Part shown: positions 8,591-17,130 of the stretch, one piece after another
How positions within the stretch are numbered: position 1 is the stretch's first letter
Layout: each line of letters starts with the position of its first letter
Origin: Candidatus Hodarchaeaceae archaeon
GTDB taxonomy: Archaea; Hadarchaeota; Hadarchaeia; Hadarchaeales; Hadarchaeaceae
Direction: 5' to 3'
Assembly (NCBI GenBank): GCA_030016755.1
Contig: JASEJC010000001.1
Span: 4,883 to 68,882, forward strand
Length of the DNA: 64,000 bases
Notes under the pieces: model-generated
Seen by the model: only the letters and a program-made list of their open reading frames with translations
The model's database searches: none
What the model was told of the DNA's origin: nothing
Program-made: the position numbers and the translations under genes

Positions 8591-8914
8591 ATGTTAGGAG
8601 GCACAAAAGTGGTTTGCTATACGATACCCTTGGCGGCGGCGATAATTTCGACCATCCTGTGGAGCTCCCAACGAAGAGGTCCTGCAGGGTGGTGGCTCAA
8701 CCTGCTGCTCTACGGAGGTGCAATGTTCGGAGTGGTGGATCACCTTTGGAACGGCGAGCTGTTCCTCATCGGGGAAGCGCCGCTCATGGACTTGCTCCTT
8801 GGATTTACAATTACGGCCGTCATCTTCGGTGGGTGGGGAATTACTTTCGCCGTTGCCAGAGCGTACCCCAATCTTGGCTACCGCATGGGTTTTTTGGAGC
8901 AGAAAAGACGCTGA
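8591..8914 (+). CDS. Small membrane protein (2-3 TM), divergently transcribed from nikR; function unknown
   Basis: The 107-aa protein has hydrophobic stretches 'VVCYTIPLAAAIISTILW', 'WWLNLLLYGGAMFGVV' and 'LLLGFTITAVIFGGWGITFAV', and an RBS-like 'aggagg' upstream. Confidence 0.45.
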   Translation: MLGGTKVVCYTIPLAAAIISTILWSSQRRGPAGWWLNLLLYGGAMFGVVDHLWNGELFLIGEAPLMDLLLGFTITAVIFGGWGITFAVARAYPNLGYRMGFLEQKRR

Positions 8915-8991
8915 GCCTGCGAGTTCAACCCAAGTCGCGAGCAAAAAAAAAGCATTTAATTAGGGGACTCCATCTTAACTCGGTGAGGTGA

Positions 8992-9261
8992 ATGGAGGAA
9001 GTTGCACCTGAAGAGAAGAAGCTCGTGGGAAAGGTGACCCACTACTTCACTAAGATAGGGGTGGGAGTCATCGAGCTTTCCGACGAGCTGAAGGTTGGCG
9101 ACCGGATCTCGATCGAGGGCGCGACGACAAACATCCAGCAAACCGTGGAGTCGATGGAGATTGAGCACAAAGCCGTGCAGAGCGCGAGCGCAGGGCAGTC
9201 GATTGGGCTCAAGGTCGTCCAGCGTGTGCGCGAGGGCGATCTCGTCTACAAGCTGGGCTGA
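8992..9261 (+). CDS. Hypothetical small beta-barrel protein (EF-Tu domain-2 / TOBE-like); function unknown
   Basis: The 89-aa protein contains 'GKVTHYFTKIGVGVIELSDELKVGDRISIEG', and a GGTGA motif sits upstream of the ATG. Confidence 0.4.
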   Translation: MEEVAPEEKKLVGKVTHYFTKIGVGVIELSDELKVGDRISIEGATTNIQQTVESMEIEHKAVQSASAGQSIGLKVVQRVREGDLVYKLG

Positions 9262-10046
9262 CGCCTTTTACCCTCTTTGAAAAGCTTTTCGAAGGTCCGA
9301 TCGGCGAGTTCCCTGAATGCCCTTGCCGCCCGAGATTTAGGGGAGTAGCGCACGACTGGGATGCCCGCCGTCAGACTTTCTCTAACTTTATCGTCGTCGG
9401 GTACCGTGGCGATAATCGGCCACCCAAGAGTCTTCCTGATCTCTGACAGGGGAACCTCGTAACGCTTGCCCATGATTTTGTTGACAACGACGCCTGTGAT
9501 CGGGATGCGGTACCGCTGGGCCGCACGGAAGGTCCGAAGGGTGCTAGCGATAGTCGGGATTTCAGGATTCGTCACAACCAGCATCTCGTCGCAAGCCTTT
9601 ATCGCAGCTACCGCCTCTGCACCAAGACCGGGCGCGGAGTCGATTATGATCAGCTTGTACTTTGACCTTGTCGGCTCTATAGCTCCTTTCAGATCAACTA
9701 GTGGGATACCCCCCTCATAAGCTACTGAACCAGGAACGGCGTGTAACTTGCCACCGACAACATTTGTAGCTCTTTCTATAGGTACTGCGCCCGCTAGGAC
9801 ATCGTGAATCGTCACCTTGGGGTCTATGATGCCGAGGTGTAGGCCGAGATTTGGTGCTGAGAGGTTTGCCTCAATTACTATTACCCCATTTCCAAGTCGC
9901 TCAGCCAAAAGCATGCCCAAGTTCGCTGCCGTTGTAGTCTTCCCCACGCCACCTTTACATGAAAATACGCCAACCACGCGCGCGCGCCGTGGTTTTATCT
10001 CGATCCTGCGCCCGCCACGCTTAAATCCGCGAAGCAGTTCTTTCAT
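9246..10046 (-). CDS. MinD/ParA-family P-loop ATPase
   Basis: It has the deviant Walker A 'SCKGGVGKTTTAANLG'. The start was chosen at the internal Met of 'MKELLRGF'. Confidence 0.8.
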   Translation of the reverse strand: MKELLRGFKRGGRRIEIKPRRARVVGVFSCKGGVGKTTTAANLGMLLAERLGNGVIVIEANLSAPNLGLHLGIIDPKVTIHDVLAGAVPIERATNVVGGKLHAVPGSVAYEGGIPLVDLKGAIEPTRSKYKLIIIDSAPGLGAEAVAAIKACDEMLVVTNPEIPTIASTLRTFRAAQRYRIPITGVVVNKIMGKRYEVPLSEIRKTLGWPIIATVPDDDKVRESLTAGIPVVRYSPKSRAARAFRELADRTFEKLFKEGKRRQPSL

Positions 10047-10109
10047 GCTAGAAAAGCGTTTTTTACGGGCGCTCGACAATCTACCAACCATACCAGTTGT
10101 GGCTGACCA

Positions 10110-10436
10110 TCATAAAAGTGTTGTAAACTCACCTGTCCTCGCTTGCTTAGCAGCTTCCTTACCCTTGTCCGTCAAAGTGTAAGCGGTCAACAACCCGCGC
10201 CTTGTCTCCCCGATCAAGCCTCGTTTCTTGAGAGATCCTAACAACACATCCATCCTGCTTGGGTTCACCGAGACCCCTTGACGAGCGAAAATCTCTTGGA
10301 TGATTTCGTGCTTGCTCATCGACGTGTGCCCATATAGAAAGCCTAAGACCAGAGTTTCTAGATTATCTGCCACAAATTTTGTGCTCTTCGCGACGTCTAT
10401 CTTGCGCACATTTTCAGTCGGGAATGGGGCCTTCAT
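10110..10436 (-). CDS. PadR-like winged-helix transcriptional regulator
   Basis: 'LVLGFLYGHTSMSKHEIIQEIF...NPSRMDVLLGSLKKRGLIGE...AYTLTDKGKE' fits the PadR wHTH pattern. Confidence 0.5.
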   Translation of the reverse strand: MKAPFPTENVRKIDVAKSTKFVADNLETLVLGFLYGHTSMSKHEIIQEIFARQGVSVNPSRMDVLLGSLKKRGLIGETRRGLLTAYTLTDKGKEAAKQARTGEFTTLL

Positions 10437-11320
10437 TTTTCCCGCCCCATCTTGCGCTTTAGCCGCTTCAACAGCCTTACATCTTCCTTTGCGCCTTTTT
10501 GCACCTTTGGCTTGCTCGGCCGCTCAAGCGTCTCAATCGCGGGTTCTTCCGCGGGCCTGAGTTTTGTCGCATGTTTCAAACGTCTGATGGTTGGGGCCAT
10601 CTCGGGTCCCCTAACCTCCGCGCCTCTGGGTTTTCTCCCCATTACCCTGCGCTTGAGCCAAGCCAGCGAGACAAATGGTTTCATCGGGCGGGTTGAGAAC
10701 CAGTAAAATGCTGAAACCCCACCTGCAACAGCGACGATCGACAGCACCGCATACAGGCCCAGCGGCGCGGGAACCCCAGCCGACTGCCCCGCCACTGCAA
10801 ATACTGAAAACCCGGGACTAGTGGCCTCGTAGTAGAGGTAGAAATCGCTAGTTTGGATCAAAGTTGTTGGTAGCTCCTGCCACGCACCGTTCAACCTCAG
10901 CAGCGTGATAGAATTTTCGTCAATGCGATTTTGCTCGGCCCAGTCTCTTAGCACCCTGAACTGAATTACCGCGTTCTCGATGTCTTCGCTCGCTTCGAGA
11001 GAGAAGTAGGTCTGCACAAGTAAGGAAGGCTCTGCGACTCCTGCTGGTTTCTCAAGCTGCTCAACTACGATATCCACTTTCTTGACGTTTTCCCCAAGCC
11101 AAAGCGTTATCCGGGTGATTGTTGGATGCCCGACCAGCACGATGCTGTGCGTGTTGGCTAGGTTGTCTTCCGCAGCGCCTTGGATTGTCATAAGATTTCC
11201 TAGTGAAGCGAGAGAGATGGGGGCAAAAGCAATCGCCGCCAGAAGGCCCACAATAAGACACCCTAAAACTTGCCCCGCCCAGTAACCTCTACCCCGTGCC
11301 TTTGCCAGGGGTCCGCTCAA
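10433..11320 (-). CDS. Membrane protein with an N-terminal TM, an extracytoplasmic domain, a PGF-motif TM segment and a long basic cytoplasmic tail; function unknown
   Basis: The TM-like segment reads 'SPGFSVFAVAGQSAGVPAPLGLYAVLSIVAVAGGVSAFYWF' and is followed by a K/R-rich tail. There is also an N-terminal TM at 'VLGCLIVGLLAAIAFAPI'. Confidence 0.45.
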   Translation of the reverse strand: MSGPLAKARGRGYWAGQVLGCLIVGLLAAIAFAPISLASLGNLMTIQGAAEDNLANTHSIVLVGHPTITRITLWLGENVKKVDIVVEQLEKPAGVAEPSLLVQTYFSLEASEDIENAVIQFRVLRDWAEQNRIDENSITLLRLNGAWQELPTTLIQTSDFYLYYEATSPGFSVFAVAGQSAGVPAPLGLYAVLSIVAVAGGVSAFYWFSTRPMKPFVSLAWLKRRVMGRKPRGAEVRGPEMAPTIRRLKHATKLRPAEEPAIETLERPSKPKVQKGAKEDVRLLKRLKRKMGREK

Positions 11321-11433
11321 GCACTTCCCTCGTTTAACCCTTTTTTGGCCGGGCTTTTATCGGCTTTTAAAAGGTGAAAATCTTTCAAATTTTTTCGAAA
11401 CATTTATTAATCCTCGAATGGGCCCCAATATTG

Positions 11434-12072
11434 ATGAAGAAAGGCGAACGGGTTCTGCGCGAGATCCTATACCGCTTTCACGAGCGCAATGAGCGGTTCA
11501 TGAGCCAAAAGGCGCTGGCGGAGGCTTGCGGACTTTCCCTTGGCACGGTCAACCCAATCGTGCGCAGGCTAGAACAGCTTGGCGCCATCGAGAAGAAACC
11601 CCTAGGATTTAGGGTCAGCGATGTGACGCGCATCCTGCTGTACTGGGCCAGCAAGAGGAACTTGGCTAAGGATATAGTCTATAGCACCAGCACTTCCCTC
11701 TCAGCAGCAAATATTGAGAAGGACCTGCCCCAAGGCTCGGTTATGACTGCCTATTCTGGTTTCAATGCTAGATTTGGTGAAGTGCCGATAGACTATCAAG
11801 AAGTTTATGTGTATGCAGACCCGGCTGAGCTGAAGCGAAGGTTCCCCCGCGCGCGAGGCCGTTTGAATAACCTCATCGTGCTGAAGCCAGATGAACACCT
11901 CATTCGACTCAGCGAGGGAGGTATTGCCCCCCTAGCCCAGATTTACGTTGACCTGTGGCAACTTGGTGATCCGGCAAAAAAACTCGTCGATGAACTCGGC
12001 GCGCGGATGCGGGCAGGGGAGATAGGTGCGCTTCAGGGGATTATTAAAAGGACCCGGGAGCGGCCCGGATAA
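11434..12072 (+). CDS. Winged-helix DNA-binding protein (putative transcriptional regulator) with an uncharacterised C-terminal domain
   Basis: The HTH region reads 'SQKALAEACGLSLGTVNPIVRRLEQLGAIEK'. The start was chosen at the internal Met of 'MKKGERV'. The gene converges on the 3' end of the hydrogenase operon. Confidence 0.45.
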   Translation: MKKGERVLREILYRFHERNERFMSQKALAEACGLSLGTVNPIVRRLEQLGAIEKKPLGFRVSDVTRILLYWASKRNLAKDIVYSTSTSLSAANIEKDLPQGSVMTAYSGFNARFGEVPIDYQEVYVYADPAELKRRFPRARGRLNNLIVLKPDEHLIRLSEGGIAPLAQIYVDLWQLGDPAKKLVDELGARMRAGEIGALQGIIKRTRERPG

Positions 12073-12940
12073 TCGACTTCTCAAGCTTTAGGAGCAGAGC
12101 CTTTGCGCCCTCCAAGTTTGCCGTTTTACCCCTACACCGCGAACACGCTGCTGCTGCACGCTCGATATCTTTGCGGAAGCTCTCGTATGGTTTTGCCGCC
12201 TCAATTATCCTGTTCACAAGTGCCCGGATTTGCTTTGCCGGCACTTCAAATGTGCCACAGAAGGGGCACCCTGCCAACTCCTCAACGGCGCTGACCCTCA
12301 TTAAGGCCCGGTCTGGTCCCGATGGGTGCCGCTTCTTGACCAGGCGAACCGCATCCTCTGGGCAAACCTCCTCACAGCTGGCGCAACTGATGCACTTATC
12401 GTACATGAATTTCACCGTTCGCTTGTTGCCCTCGTCCGCCAGCTCTATCGCGGATGTTGGGCATGCCTTTTCACATGCGCCGCAGCCCGTACACTTCTCT
12501 GAATCAAGCTCGGGCTGCCCCCTGAAACCCTTGGGGGCCAGCCAGCGTCTGTACTTGACACCCATGGTCCGAGCTACCCCCTCCCCTATCGCCTGGGGAC
12601 TGGGTGGGCAACCAAGGACATACAAATTAACCGGGATGAACTTGTCCGTTGGTTCAAGAGCACTGTACGATTTCTGGAAAATCCCGCTTGATAGAGCACA
12701 CGTACCAACTGCAATCACGGTTTTGGGTTCCCTGAGCTTGTTGTAAACTTCCTTGAGGGGTCCCGCCATTTTTGCGCTGACGACTCCAACAACGAGGAGC
12801 ATATTCGCTTTCTCGGGCTCGTCCACTATTCTCGCTTTGAGATTTCCAATACCGAACCTCTCAGCCAGTGCACACACTACCTCGATGTCGCAGCCATTGC
12901 AGGAGCCAACGTTCAGGCGGTAAACTCCTATCTCGCTCAC
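12044..12940 (-). CDS. [NiFe]-hydrogenase small subunit (NuoB/EchC-like) fused to a 2x[4Fe-4S] ferredoxin (NuoI/EchF-like) domain and a C-terminal Cys4 zinc-ribbon-like extension
   Basis: The N-terminus has the NuoB-type proximal-cluster motif 'GSCNGCDIE' plus 'GTCA', and 'GCPP'. The middle has 'CTGCGACEKACP' and 'CISCASCEEVCP'. The C-terminus reads 'CPFCG...CSRCRG'. A GTG start follows GGTTGAGG, 8 nt after the tnpB-like stop. Confidence 0.75.
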   Translation of the reverse strand: MSEIGVYRLNVGSCNGCDIEVVCALAERFGIGNLKARIVDEPEKANMLLVVGVVSAKMAGPLKEVYNKLREPKTVIAVGTCALSSGIFQKSYSALEPTDKFIPVNLYVLGCPPSPQAIGEGVARTMGVKYRRWLAPKGFRGQPELDSEKCTGCGACEKACPTSAIELADEGNKRTVKFMYDKCISCASCEEVCPEDAVRLVKKRHPSGPDRALMRVSAVEELAGCPFCGTFEVPAKQIRALVNRIIEAAKPYESFRKDIERAAAACSRCRGKTANLEGAKALLLKLEKSIIRAAPGSF

Positions 12941-12951
12941 CTCAACCCGTC

Positions 12952-14277
12952 CTAAATTCCCGTACTAAACTGTACAGGCAATTTTTCTGGCTCCATCCCC
13001 AGCTTCGCTTGGGCTACAAGCCCATCCACTGGGGACTGCATCTGCCAGCAGTCGGCGGGGACGTGCCTCGCCCCATCCTTAGCTATGTTCCAGCTCGCCA
13101 CCAAGTGACGGCTGGCCTCGAACCCGCAAGCTTTGCACCTGTAGGTGTGCCCATTCGGCCTGTTGTACCGGCCACATATCGGGCAGTCCTTCGACTTGTG
13201 GTAGTTGCTGACCTCCACCGTTGGCAGTCCTTGTCGCGCCACCTTGTACTCGGCATAGAACTGGAACTTTCGGAAAGGCCACTGGTTGAGCCTCCTGCGC
13301 ATGTCCTTCCGCAGGGCCCTGCCGTTCTTCGACTTGCGCTTCGAGCGCATGAAACCACGAATTCCCTTGATACCCCCGAAGGTGACCGCGACTCGCTCTC
13401 GCTCGGCAATCTTGGCGATCTGTTTGCTGACAACGTGTAGGATCTGGTTAGTGCGGTTGCGCTCCCTTCGCCAGTACTTCGCCTTGAGCCTGCGCTTCTG
13501 CACCGGTCGCTGCGGTGGCGTATCCAGCTTTCGCTGAATCGATTTGCGCTTGAGCTGTGACGAGTGCCTTATCGCGGGGAGCTTTGAGACATCGAGACTG
13601 ATGTGTTTTGGCTGTTCGTTTGGCTTCAGGATGGTCAAATCAACGCTCTGCTCGTTGATGTCTATGCCGCAGATGCCCTCCGTTGGCCTCGGTTCCACCT
13701 CGCACTTGAACGGCACAAAAACATTGGCTCGATCTTTGAATAGCGAGATCGTGATTTCCCCGACTTTCTTTTTACCTTCCCGCCAGTCGCGGAGGTATCG
13801 GAGTACGTGGTGCTCGGTCACCACGAGCGGAAGCCAAAGGTACTCCCCGCGACGGATTCTGATTTGAATCACATTTCCGCAGAACCTGCAAACGCCAGTT
13901 TGGTTTCTATCGCCCCAGAGTTCTAGGCGCATTGTCCGCGCTTTGTAGGCGGGTGGCTTCTCCGGGTTCGCCTGTCCTTGGCGACAGAGCTTCCGCCACG
14001 AGCGGAGCGTCTGCGTAGCCATCTGCCCGGCCGAGTGGAACCAGTGCGTCGCTAGATCAAAGCGCGACTTCCACTCCTCGTAGGCGACGTGATGTAGCGA
14101 GGCGCGGGAAGTAACCTTATGTTCGAGGCACTTCTGGATGTAGAAGTTAACCGACTCCGCGAACTTGCCGAGGAGATCGCCCAGCAGCTCGCGCTTTCGC
14201 CCAGTCAGCGGAGGTGTAATGAATCTAGCGGAGCTGACGGACTGCACATCTTCTACCTCCGATGCGTTTTCTACCAT
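12952..14277 (-). CDS. tnpB: TnpB-like protein (IS200/IS605 OrfB family, RuvC plus C-terminal zinc finger). The RuvC-II Glu and RuvC-III Asp positions appear substituted.
   Basis: The RuvC-I motif is 'GICGIDINEQSV'. The hallmark TnpB segment is 'W.F..FQFYAEYKVARQGLPTVEVSNYHKSKDCPICG...YRCKACG'. At RuvC-II 'VAVTFGGIKGI' replaces the expected 'vvvEDLNvKGM'. At RuvC-III 'SRHLVASWNI' replaces 'DxNAAxNI'. The start was chosen at the ATG of 'MVENASE'; the listed ORF extends to 14412 over the promoter region. Confidence 0.75.
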   Translation of the reverse strand: MVENASEVEDVQSVSSARFITPPLTGRKRELLGDLLGKFAESVNFYIQKCLEHKVTSRASLHHVAYEEWKSRFDLATHWFHSAGQMATQTLRSWRKLCRQGQANPEKPPAYKARTMRLELWGDRNQTGVCRFCGNVIQIRIRRGEYLWLPLVVTEHHVLRYLRDWREGKKKVGEITISLFKDRANVFVPFKCEVEPRPTEGICGIDINEQSVDLTILKPNEQPKHISLDVSKLPAIRHSSQLKRKSIQRKLDTPPQRPVQKRRLKAKYWRRERNRTNQILHVVSKQIAKIAERERVAVTFGGIKGIRGFMRSKRKSKNGRALRKDMRRRLNQWPFRKFQFYAEYKVARQGLPTVEVSNYHKSKDCPICGRYNRPNGHTYRCKACGFEASRHLVASWNIAKDGARHVPADCWQMQSPVDGLVAQAKLGMEPEKLPVQFSTGI

Positions 14278-14317
14278 TTTCTGCCCAAGCCACTTTGGGG
14301 GAGGGGGGTCTCCGAAA

Positions 14318-14342
14318 GTAATATATAAACTATTTAAAGGGC
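14318..14342 (-). promoter_or_regulatory. TATA-like elements (tttaaata and tttatatat on the minus strand) about 40-65 nt upstream of the tnpB-like ATG
   Basis: This is an AT-rich patch inside an otherwise GC-rich spacer between the hydrogenase large-subunit stop (14450) and the tnpB-like start. Confidence 0.35.
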
Positions 14343-14449
14343 TCCCAGGCACGACCTGATTGTCTTCTAGAGCCCATTTTTGGTGCCTTTTTTCGCCATT
14401 TTTCAGGGGCACCGAAAGTATTCCCCGAATGATACGGTCTGGTACGGTT

Positions 14450-15595
14450 TTATGTAGCAGCTACAACACCCCTCAGCTCATCTAAAGTGACCCGCCTGCT
14501 CCTTCCCGTCCGCTCGTCCACGACAGTGACGCGATTCGTACAGGAGATGCAACGGTCCAGGCTCTCCAAAATCACTGGGAAGTCGGCTAGTTTTTGTTCG
14601 CGGAGCATCTCCACGACGGCTCGATCGTTCATGTAAGTAGGTGGCCTGAGCTTAACCCGTTCTGGATAATTTGTTCCGTTCGACCTCACATAATAAATAA
14701 GCTCGCCTCGCGGTGCCTCCACTCTGCTGAAGTCCTCCCCAACCAGCGGCTCCCTAATATCCACGCTAATTTCACCTTTAGGCATGCGCTCGATTAGCTG
14801 TCGGATAATTTTCACGCTTTCCAAAGTCTCCCTCGCCCGAACCAAAGCCCTTGAAAAAACATCGCCCTCCTCTTCCGTGGGGATTTCGAAATCCACTTCC
14901 CCATAGGCGGCATACGGGTCGTCTTTCCGTATATCGCTTTCAACACCTGATGCTCTGAGCACGGGGCCCACTACACCGTATGCCCTTGCTTTACCCCTAG
15001 GTAGGGGACCGAGCCCCGAAAGCGTGGGCGCTGCATTCCTAAGCTCTCTTGAAATGTCATCAGTGAGGGTTTCGAGGTCACCCATCAGAGACTTCACTGC
15101 TGCCAACATCCTCTTGGTCACGTCGCGCCTGACCCCACCTATCGAATTTATCGAAAAGTGCACCCGGTTGCCGCAGATGGACTCGATTAAATCCATCAAG
15201 CTCTCACGAGCGTTGATGATTTTAATGAACTGACCTTCGTTGTGTAGTGTATGAAAAAACAACCCAAACCACATGTAATGACTGTGCAAACGATCCATCT
15301 CAAAAACTAGTGACCTGATATTTCTCGCCCGCGCCGGAACTTCCGCGCCGAAAATCTTTTCCACCGCTTGGCAATATGCCGTGGAGTGGGCTTGGGAGCA
15401 CAACCCGCATACGCGCTCAGCCAGGAAAACATTTTGAACAAATGACTTCGATTCCATCAGGCGCTCAATCCCACGATGCGTATAGCCTTGCCTAATTTCC
15501 ACATCAGTAATTTTGCCATCGCGCACAGTAATCTCGTATAACTCTGGCTCCAGCAACAAGGGGTGATATGGCCCTACCTTTACCACATCGAACAT
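14450..15595 (-). CDS. [NiFe]-hydrogenase large subunit, group-4 (NuoD/EchE-like), soluble type
   Basis: The N-terminal Ni-binding motif is 'RVCGLCSQAH' (RxCGxCxxxH). The C-terminal motif is 'DRCISCTNR' (DxCxxCxxR). The 381-aa length is typical of EchE-type subunits. Confidence 0.8.
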   Translation of the reverse strand: MFDVVKVGPYHPLLLEPELYEITVRDGKITDVEIRQGYTHRGIERLMESKSFVQNVFLAERVCGLCSQAHSTAYCQAVEKIFGAEVPARARNIRSLVFEMDRLHSHYMWFGLFFHTLHNEGQFIKIINARESLMDLIESICGNRVHFSINSIGGVRRDVTKRMLAAVKSLMGDLETLTDDISRELRNAAPTLSGLGPLPRGKARAYGVVGPVLRASGVESDIRKDDPYAAYGEVDFEIPTEEEGDVFSRALVRARETLESVKIIRQLIERMPKGEISVDIREPLVGEDFSRVEAPRGELIYYVRSNGTNYPERVKLRPPTYMNDRAVVEMLREQKLADFPVILESLDRCISCTNRVTVVDERTGRSRRVTLDELRGVVAAT

Positions 15596-16495
15596 TTACC
15601 CAATCCTCGCAGCCAGTTGGGAGACTGGGCTTCGATGAAACTCTAACGACAGCTCCTTTGCAGGTACACTAAAGGCGAGGGCTAGAAGCTCAGCTAAGTG
15701 TAGACATGGGACCGAAAACTTTTCGCCGTATCTTCTGAGGTCAAGCTGCCCTGATTCAAACTGAACGTTGCATGCGGGACACACCACCGTGACGCCATCG
15801 ACCCCCACGTGTTGATAGCACTTCAGCTTAGGGAGGAGGTTGTGCTTCAGCGAAAACTCTTTATCTACTTGGGATGTCGGAAAACCGCAACACATCTGAT
15901 CTAAATCACAGCGGATGACCTCAGCCCCCGTCGCGCGCACTAGCTCCTCGAACTGCCTTGGCTTCCTCCAGATGTCTCCACCGTCTTCCTCCCTGAAGAG
16001 GTGACAACCGTAGTGTACCGCTAGCTTCAGGTTAAGCGGTTTCTTGACCCGCTCCTTTATCGCTTCGACTCCGACATCCTCATGGAGAACCTCTACAATG
16101 TGCCTGACCTTTATTGTCCCCCCGTACTTCCTCCCCACCTTGGTCAAGAGCTCATTGATCTCGCCGGCAGTTTCCTCCTGTTTCATGGCTTCGTTGGCCT
16201 CCCACAGTGTCTCAAAACAGCCGTTGCACAGCACCACAACATCGAGGCCCTGTTTCTCCGCTATGCTCAAGTTCCTAGCCGATAGGGAGAGCGCGACCTT
16301 CCTATCCATCAGGCGTGCCAAGATTGGGTCCGGGCAACATGTGTAGCCCGACATGTCCGCGATCTCGAGCCCAAGCGAACTGAAAACTTTGCGTGTGGCC
16401 AGTTCAGCGCTGGGGAGCCGCTGGGGTATCAAACAACCCAAGAAAAGAGCATATTTTTTCACTTTTTCGTCCCCCTCAATTTCTTCCGCTCCCAA
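15596..16495 (-). CDS. HdrB-like subunit with two CCG domains (heterodisulfide reductase B / GlcF-like)
   Basis: There are two Cys-rich CCG modules: 'C..CCPDP..CNGC' and 'C..CCGFP..CPAC'. Confidence 0.7.
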   Translation of the reverse strand: MGAEEIEGDEKVKKYALFLGCLIPQRLPSAELATRKVFSSLGLEIADMSGYTCCPDPILARLMDRKVALSLSARNLSIAEKQGLDVVVLCNGCFETLWEANEAMKQEETAGEINELLTKVGRKYGGTIKVRHIVEVLHEDVGVEAIKERVKKPLNLKLAVHYGCHLFREEDGGDIWRKPRQFEELVRATGAEVIRCDLDQMCCGFPTSQVDKEFSLKHNLLPKLKCYQHVGVDGVTVVCPACNVQFESGQLDLRRYGEKFSVPCLHLAELLALAFSVPAKELSLEFHRSPVSQLAARIG

Positions 16496-17130
16496 TCGTA
16501 GCCGACCCGCTCGCTGAAACTCGTCTGCTTGATTAGCTCGTGAACCTCTTTCAGCTGGGGCTCGCTCGAGTAACTTGCGGGGGGTTGGGGAGGTAGCCCC
16601 GCCTCCACGCGCCTGCGCTCAACCAAGGGAGTTATGGGCGCAGTGGCACCGACGGTTGTAATAGCCTCAGCTACGGGGGTGATTTCATCTGGCACTGGGG
16701 GCTTGAAGGGCTTGCCCAGCGGGAAACTGCCCTCCGGCCACTCGTCTTGTAACACCAAATGCCTCGGCTCGGGATGGTCCCTGAATTTCGCCCCGCAAAG
16801 CTCGGCTGCCTCCTTCTCCGCCCATTCCGCCGCCGGAGTCAGGCCGACTATGCTATCGATTTCAGGGTTCTCCTTCGCCAACCTTGTTTTCAGCACCACG
16901 ACCCTACCCGTTAAATCGAAGTGGTAAAGCAACTCGATATCCAACCCCACATCGATGGCTGCGATGATTATGAACCGTGCCCCCCCACCAAGCAGGCTCT
17001 CGGTGGCCTTTCTTATCGCCCCAGGTGTTATCTCCGCCCAAACCTTGCGTTCTCGAGGCGTGGACGCGTTCAGAAGTTCGTCCCCGAGGTTTTCCTTCAG
17101 GAGTTTAACTATTGCGTTTTCCTCCACCAT
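16459..17130 (-). CDS. NuoC-like (30-kDa subunit family) hydrogenase subunit
   Basis: 'EWAEKEAAELCGAKFRDHPEPRHLVLQDEWPEG' matches the NuoC/EchD signature. The start was chosen at the internal ATG whose A overlaps the upstream TAA stop (TAATG at 17128-17132), which indicates translational coupling. Confidence 0.7.
   Translation of the reverse strand: MVEENAIVKLLKENLGDELLNASTPRERKVWAEITPGAIRKATESLLGGGARFIIIAAIDVGLDIELLYHFDLTGRVVVLKTRLAKENPEIDSIVGLTPAAEWAEKEAAELCGAKFRDHPEPRHLVLQDEWPEGSFPLGKPFKPPVPDEITPVAEAITTVGATAPITPLVERRRVEAGLPPQPPASYSSEPQLKEVHELIKQTSFSERVGYDWERKKLRGTKK

Noticed and set aside
14278-14412. The listed 5' extension of the TnpB-like ORF (MPLKNGEKRHQKW...)
   Set aside because: It runs through the AT-rich TATA-like promoter patch. 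The conserved TnpB N-terminal region begins at 'MVENASE' (ATG 14277).
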